Below are positions 60,110 to 64,000 of a stretch of 64,000 nt of DNA, in pieces. The notes under the pieces were generated by a model. The model was not told the origin of the DNA and ran no database searches. It was given only the letters and a program-made list of their open reading frames with translations. Location: the IMG/VR virus record IMGVR_UViG_3300044617_002308, positions 7,268 through 71,267 of that record. One strand, written 5' to 3'. Every line of letters begins with the position of its first letter. The stretch's first letter is position 1. The stretch is from a virus. A program made the translations under genes and the position numbers.

Positions 60110-60837
60110 AGGGGAAGGAGCCAAGGCATGTCGGGACGGCGTTCAATGAGGTGAACGGAGCAGGCGCGGTCGTTGTAGTAGCCGTAGGCGAAGCCCTGGC
60201 TCCAGGCAAAGGTGGCGCGGCGGGTGGCGGCGTAGCCCATGTCGAGGCGAGCGAGGGTGCCGGTGCAGTAGCCGCTGGCGTGGTCGCTGCGGCGGGCGCG
60301 TTCCCAGCCGACTCGGTGGAGGTGGGCCATGACGACGTTGCCGTATGTCTCGGCATGGTCGCGGATCGCTGAGACATTGAACATGAAGCCGTGGAGAAAC
60401 TTTGTATCTCCGAGCGTGAAGTGGCTGCGGATGGTGTAGGGCAGGCTTTTGGCTCGGAGTTTTTTGAGCGCCTCCTCGATCCGCTCGATGGTGAGCGTGG
60501 CAGCGTGGGCGAGGAGGGCGTTCGGGCTGCTGGCGAAATGGTAGAGGCGGGCTTCGTGATTCCCCATGAGCACATGGGTGGGGCGGAGTTCGTGTAAAAA
60601 CTCCAAACCGGCGCTGAGATCTTCGCTCACGCTTGCGGCGTGATCCGGATCGTTGCTATCGCGCACGGCCCCGCCGCGAAAGCTGACGAGATCAAGGAAG
60701 TCGCCAAGGTGGATGACGGTATCGGGTTTCCACTTTTCGCGGAAGGTGAGCACCGCTTTGCGGGCCTCGGGGCAGAGTTCCGCGCCGTGGGAGCAACCAA
60801 CGGCGAGGAATTTTTTCCAGCCTTTGAGTGGGGTCAT
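60106..60837 (-). CDS. Calcineurin-like metallophosphoesterase
   Basis: GCSHG (DxH variant), HLGDFLD, GNHE, FLHG, AHLH. Confidence 0.85.
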   Translation of the reverse strand: MTPLKGWKKFLAVGCSHGAELCPEARKAVLTFREKWKPDTVIHLGDFLDLVSFRGGAVRDSNDPDHAASVSEDLSAGLEFLHELRPTHVLMGNHEARLYHFASSPNALLAHAATLTIERIEEALKKLRAKSLPYTIRSHFTLGDTKFLHGFMFNVSAIRDHAETYGNVVMAHLHRVGWERARRSDHASGYCTGTLARLDMGYAATRRATFAWSQGFAYGYYNDRACSVHLIERRPDMPWLLPL

Positions 60838-60848
60838 GGTGTTTGGTT

Positions 60849-61442
60849 TTAGGTAGTGAACTGAAAGTGCATGGCATCGCGGCTCCACATGGCTCCGGCT
60901 GGGAGCCAGCCGTGGCTAGCGAAGACTTCCATGGTTTCCAGCGGCATGGAGGCGGCGGTGGGCCAATGGGTGTGGTTGCCGTTGCGGGAGGCGTCGAAGT
61001 CGAGCGCGGCGGCGCGGGCGTGGAGGCTGGGGAGCGTGCCGCCGCGCATCCGCCGGGGGTTGTAGCAGCCGAAGAACAAGTTGAGTCCGGCGGCGGTGCG
61101 GGCTTGCTCGCTCCATCCTGCAAAGTCGGCGAGGACGGCGTGAAGGCTGGGCGCGCAGCGTTCGTGGACGCGGATGTTTTTCACGCGCTGGCCGGCGGGC
61201 TGGTAGAGGAACATAGGGAAGGGGACTTCGACGGCTTCCATTGGGGGTTCGTAACCATCACGCTCTCCGGGAGGACCGTAAAATGTGGTGAGGCTTTTTT
61301 GGTCTGATGCTGGCGCGTTAAAGGGATGCGGCATGAGGGCGCGCAGGTAGGCGCGGCAAGCGGCCTCACTTTTGGGTCCCCAAAATCCATCGGGGATGGT
61401 GCCAATTCGCGTTTGGATGGATTTGATTTGTGTGGAAGTCAC
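60849..61442 (-). CDS. Endolysin, M15-type peptidase with a peptidoglycan-binding N-terminus
   Basis: IQTRIG..PDGFWGPKS; YNPRRMRGG...SLHA..AALD; W.RDAMHFQ. Confidence 0.88.
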   Translation of the reverse strand: MTSTQIKSIQTRIGTIPDGFWGPKSEAACRAYLRALMPHPFNAPASDQKSLTTFYGPPGERDGYEPPMEAVEVPFPMFLYQPAGQRVKNIRVHERCAPSLHAVLADFAGWSEQARTAAGLNLFFGCYNPRRMRGGTLPSLHARAAALDFDASRNGNHTHWPTAASMPLETMEVFASHGWLPAGAMWSRDAMHFQFTT

Positions 61443-61519
61443 CCGTTAAAAATGAAAGCGAGCCAGAGGAAGATTCCGGCGAGGAGAACCATGACGGCGA
61501 TGGTGTGCTCGGGGTTCAT
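61439..61519 (-). CDS. 26-aa single-TM peptide in the lysis cassette
   Basis: MNPEHTIAVMVLLAGIFLWLAFIFNG; its stop overlaps the endolysin GTG. Confidence 0.45.
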   Translation of the reverse strand: MNPEHTIAVMVLLAGIFLWLAFIFNG

Positions 61520-61520
61520 G

Positions 61521-61766
61521 TTAAAAATCCGCGCCTCCTCTCACGTCGCGGTGGTAAAAGTCGTATCGGAGGGAGAGGAGCAGGCGGATGAGGAATGGCC
61601 TTGGGTCGTCGCGCTTGACGGGGACGGCCCATTTGGCGAGCGGGGTGGGCTGGCCTGGAGGCGGGATCGTTTTGTTGAGGTCGGCAAAACGATCGACGGC
61701 AAAACACGCGCCCGCGCCGAGGTAGATGGCGAGCAAAAGCGCGGCGGTGAGTTTTGCGGGCTTCAT
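61521..61766 (-). CDS. Secreted or membrane-anchored lysis-region protein
   Basis: Signal-like N-terminus MKPAKLTAALLLAIYLGAGAC. Confidence 0.55.
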   Translation of the reverse strand: MKPAKLTAALLLAIYLGAGACFAVDRFADLNKTIPPPGQPTPLAKWAVPVKRDDPRPFLIRLLLSLRYDFYHRDVRGGADF

Positions 61767-62026
61767 GGTTTCTTGGCTTTGCGGACTTCGGCGTGGGGGT
61801 TGTAGGCTGCGCCGGGGAAAGTGCGTTTGATGGCTTTGCGGGCGGAGAGGCGACCCCAAATGGCGAGCGATGCGCCGAGGGTTTCCATGGCGAGGGTGAG
61901 GATAGCGGTCAACTCTTCGTTCAAAATGTCCACGCCGGATGCGCGGAGGCCCATGCCGAGGAAGACGACGAGGGCTCCGATGATGGTTTTGCTCATCCAC
62001 CAGGGTTTGGATTCGGTGTCGCTCAT
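61763..62026 (-). CDS. Holin-like protein
   Basis: KPWWMSKTI, two TM helices, IWGR and a basic tail. Confidence 0.7.
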   Translation of the reverse strand: MSDTESKPWWMSKTIIGALVVFLGMGLRASGVDILNEELTAILTLAMETLGASLAIWGRLSARKAIKRTFPGAAYNPHAEVRKAKKP

Positions 62027-62322
62027 TTGGTTTTCAAATTTTGAACGGCCAACTCGATGGCCAAATTCGCGGCGCTGGTGCTGGCGCGGATTCCTGCTTG
62101 GACGGCTCTGGTTTGGATTTCGCGGAGGGCGGCTTCGCGTTTTTGGGCTCCGCTGTGGGGGGAGTCGGCGAGGCTGCGCACGACTTCGAGGGCGATGGGG
62201 GCGAGGTCGGCGAGGAGTTTGGCGGCGGTGTCGGCCAAGAGGGGGAGGATGAGGTCGATCAACTGGCGCGATGCGCCGGTGAGTTTCATCAGGATTTTTA
62301 GGAGGGTGGATTTCATTTTCAT
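62023..62322 (-). CDS. Holin-associated / LL-H-holin-like protein
   Basis: ...SGAQKREAA...NLAIELAVQNLK pattern. Confidence 0.55.
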   Translation of the reverse strand: MKMKSTLLKILMKLTGASRQLIDLILPLLADTAAKLLADLAPIALEVVRSLADSPHSGAQKREAALREIQTRAVQAGIRASTSAANLAIELAVQNLKTK

Positions 62323-62624
62323 GGTGTGTGCTTGTGGTAGTCGAGCTTCACTTCCAACCGATCCATAATGGCTATGGCGCGGTTGGTGGTTTGTTGGTTG
62401 CTGGAAATCACTTCGAGCATTTCTTTATTCGCTGTCTTCAAATGCATTACAAACTCCTCATTTTGCTGGTCCATGCGCTGCTCGACGCGCTCTAGGCGTT
62501 TGGTGAACCAGCGAAATAAAACGCTTGCGAAAATTAAACCTATGGCGACAAGCGCAATAAGATGCCAAGTGGCATCCTGTTGCGAGGCGTGGTTTACGAT
62601 TTTGAGTGCGGATTCAGGGTTCAT
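62319..62624 (-). CDS. Single-TM plus coiled-coil protein (BhlA/UviB holin-like)
   Basis: One TM segment followed by a coiled coil. Confidence 0.55.
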   Translation of the reverse strand: MNPESALKIVNHASQQDATWHLIALVAIGLIFASVLFRWFTKRLERVEQRMDQQNEEFVMHLKTANKEMLEVISSNQQTTNRAIAIMDRLEVKLDYHKHTP

Positions 62625-63007
62625 TGTTCGAATTGGGCTTGGAAGATGCGGTTTTGTGGTCGGCCTCGGAGGTTCTCGGCTTGTTGGGCTATGCCGTGCG
62701 CGTCGTGCCAGAAGGCGCGGGTGCGGTAGGAGCCCATGAAGTCGTAGGTCCACATTTGGTTTTGTCCTTGGGGGAACAAATAGGCGGTGATGGCGTGGCC
62801 GGTGAGGCGCTTGGTCTCGGGGTTCGGGTAGTTGTAGGTGACGACCTTGGCCTGAATGTTTTGGCGCTCTAGCCCGCGCTGCATGGCGATGGCGGTGGGG
62901 AGGCAGGCGTTGCGCTCGAAGGCCATCCAGCTTTCGGGATTGCGGGGGGCGCAGGCGGCGAGGAGGGCGGCTGCGGCGAGGAGTGGGAAAATTAGTCGGC
63001 GACCCAT
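62621..63007 (-). CDS. Lipoprotein with a Cys-His-Asp (transglutaminase/papain-like) pattern
   Basis: Lipobox LLAAC; NACLPTA...GHAI...WTYD. Confidence 0.6.
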   Translation of the reverse strand: MGRRLIFPLLAAAALLAACAPRNPESWMAFERNACLPTAIAMQRGLERQNIQAKVVTYNYPNPETKRLTGHAITAYLFPQGQNQMWTYDFMGSYRTRAFWHDAHGIAQQAENLRGRPQNRIFQAQFEQ

Positions 63008-63219
63008 TGCATGACTCCTTCGATGGCTTTGAGGGTGTGGGTGCCGGTGGTGGGCGGGGCGGGGATAAGGCGGGAGATGACGAGGGGGTGGCCGTCGATT
63101 TTTTGGAAAATGAGGCCGTCGGCGGTGTTTACCGCCATCTCTTTCTCATGCCAGGCGTCCGCCGCCGGGGTTCTCCCGGCGACGGCACTGGTGAGGGGCA
63201 GTATGTGCCCGAGGTCCAT
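62992..63219 (-). CDS. Small virion-associated protein
   Basis: GRTP...EMAVNTADGLIF.K resembles tail-fibre N-terminal motifs. Confidence 0.55.
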   Translation of the reverse strand: MDLGHILPLTSAVAGRTPAADAWHEKEMAVNTADGLIFQKIDGHPLVISRLIPAPPTTGTHTLKAIEGVMQWVAD

Positions 63220-63944
63220 TAGGCGAATGGATGCTCTTTGCCTGCTCCGGCGTTGTAGAGTTCGGCGACTTCGGCGCTGGTGAGGGCGCGGGACCAGAGT
63301 CCAGCTGCGTCGATACTTCCTTGGAGTTTAGCTCCCCAACCAGATGGAGGACCGCCTAATCCAAAATTTGGCGCGTCTGAGATCGGCAATGTTGCAGCAA
63401 CCGAGTTTCTGGAACTTTCTTCAGTTCCATCAAAATACACTTTTGCAACAGAGGAAGCTCCATCGTAGACGCACGCCAGATGGTGCCACTGGTTATCTGT
63501 GATCGTGCTGCTGGACTGAATTGGGTCCCAACCACTCATGAAGTTAAATGTGGCTTTGTTATCATGGGTCGAAATAACCAAGAAAACATTGTTCGTAACA
63601 GTGTCCTCGCCGTAAATATAAGTTGTCGAAGATGTGCATTTTACATAACAAGCGAAAGAAAACGCGCTGGCTCCAGACATAAATAGCTGTGGATAGGTAA
63701 GATGGTTTGAGCCGTCAAACACAGCAGCATTTCCAATCTTGCCAGAAGCAAACGAGACATTGCCGTTGTTGGTGAGAGTGCGGTTGTTGCCCGAAGCGTC
63801 GGTGAGGTCGCTCAGGTTGTAGAAGGCGAGGAGACCGGAGAGGAGACCTTCGCCGCCTCCGCCGCCTCCACCGCCGCCGCCTCCGTTGTTGGCGGGTTCA
63901 GGGATTTCGATGCGTAGGTTTCCGAGTTTGATGTAGTTTGGCAT
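63219..63944 (-). CDS. LamG/concanavalin-A-like virion protein with a poly-Gly linker
   Basis: GKIGNAAVFDG, DNQWHHLACVYDG, VYFDG, GSID...WSRALTSAEVAELYN. Confidence 0.85.
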   Translation of the reverse strand: MPNYIKLGNLRIEIPEPANNGGGGGGGGGGGEGLLSGLLAFYNLSDLTDASGNNRTLTNNGNVSFASGKIGNAAVFDGSNHLTYPQLFMSGASAFSFACYVKCTSSTTYIYGEDTVTNNVFLVISTHDNKATFNFMSGWDPIQSSSTITDNQWHHLACVYDGASSVAKVYFDGTEESSRNSVAATLPISDAPNFGLGGPPSGWGAKLQGSIDAAGLWSRALTSAEVAELYNAGAGKEHPFA

Positions 63945-64000
63945 ATGAGTGATGTGTTTAGGTATTGATTATTTGTTTGGTTTTAGGGTGCCGGGGAGCG

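Larger units (their letters stand above)
1..64000. mobile_element. Temperate podovirus-like bacteriophage genome segment, apparently non-integrated (attP intact)
   Basis: TerL, TerS, MCP, scaffold, nozzle, endolysin, RecET, DnaB and integrase are present. There is no tape-measure/tube/sheath set and no host housekeeping gene. Phage genes flank the att site on both sides. Confidence 0.95.

Noticed and set aside
1-64000. Diversity-generating retroelement or retron
   Set aside because: No reverse transcriptase ORF and no TR/VR repeat pair noticed in the window.

Overview
The whole window is one temperate, podovirus-like dsDNA phage. Phage genes run to both edges and no host genes are visible. 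Nearly all real genes lie on the minus strand. Right to left: a LamG virion protein and lysis cassette (60.1-63.9 kb); a ~1 kb non-coding repeat/hairpin region; scaffold, N4-type major capsid, adaptor and nozzle (50.9-58.2 kb); a tyrosine integrase beside an intact attP made of a tRNA-Ser 3' end plus arm repeats (49.2-50.5 kb); two ribbon-helix-helix regulators and an Xis-like gene; RecT/RecE, a replication initiator with iterons, DnaB, SSB and a two-frame C5 methyltransferase; TerS; many small genes; TerL between low-complexity putative ejection proteins; a 7029-aa polyvalent protein; and the start of a probable portal gene. Most notable: (1) a complete 75-nt initiator-type tRNA-Met(CAT) with encoded CCA nested on the sense strand inside the 7029-aa ORF; (2) three tandem ~140-nt structured, tRNA-like non-coding elements at 34.8-35.3 kb; (3) a 19-bp oriented, quasi-palindromic box present about 13 times, mostly just before start codons; (4) enzyme cassettes in the giant protein separated by a recurring L(G/F)AK(P/x)R motif. 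Family names are from motif recognition by eye, not database searches. A Verrucomicrobiota/PVC host is an inference.
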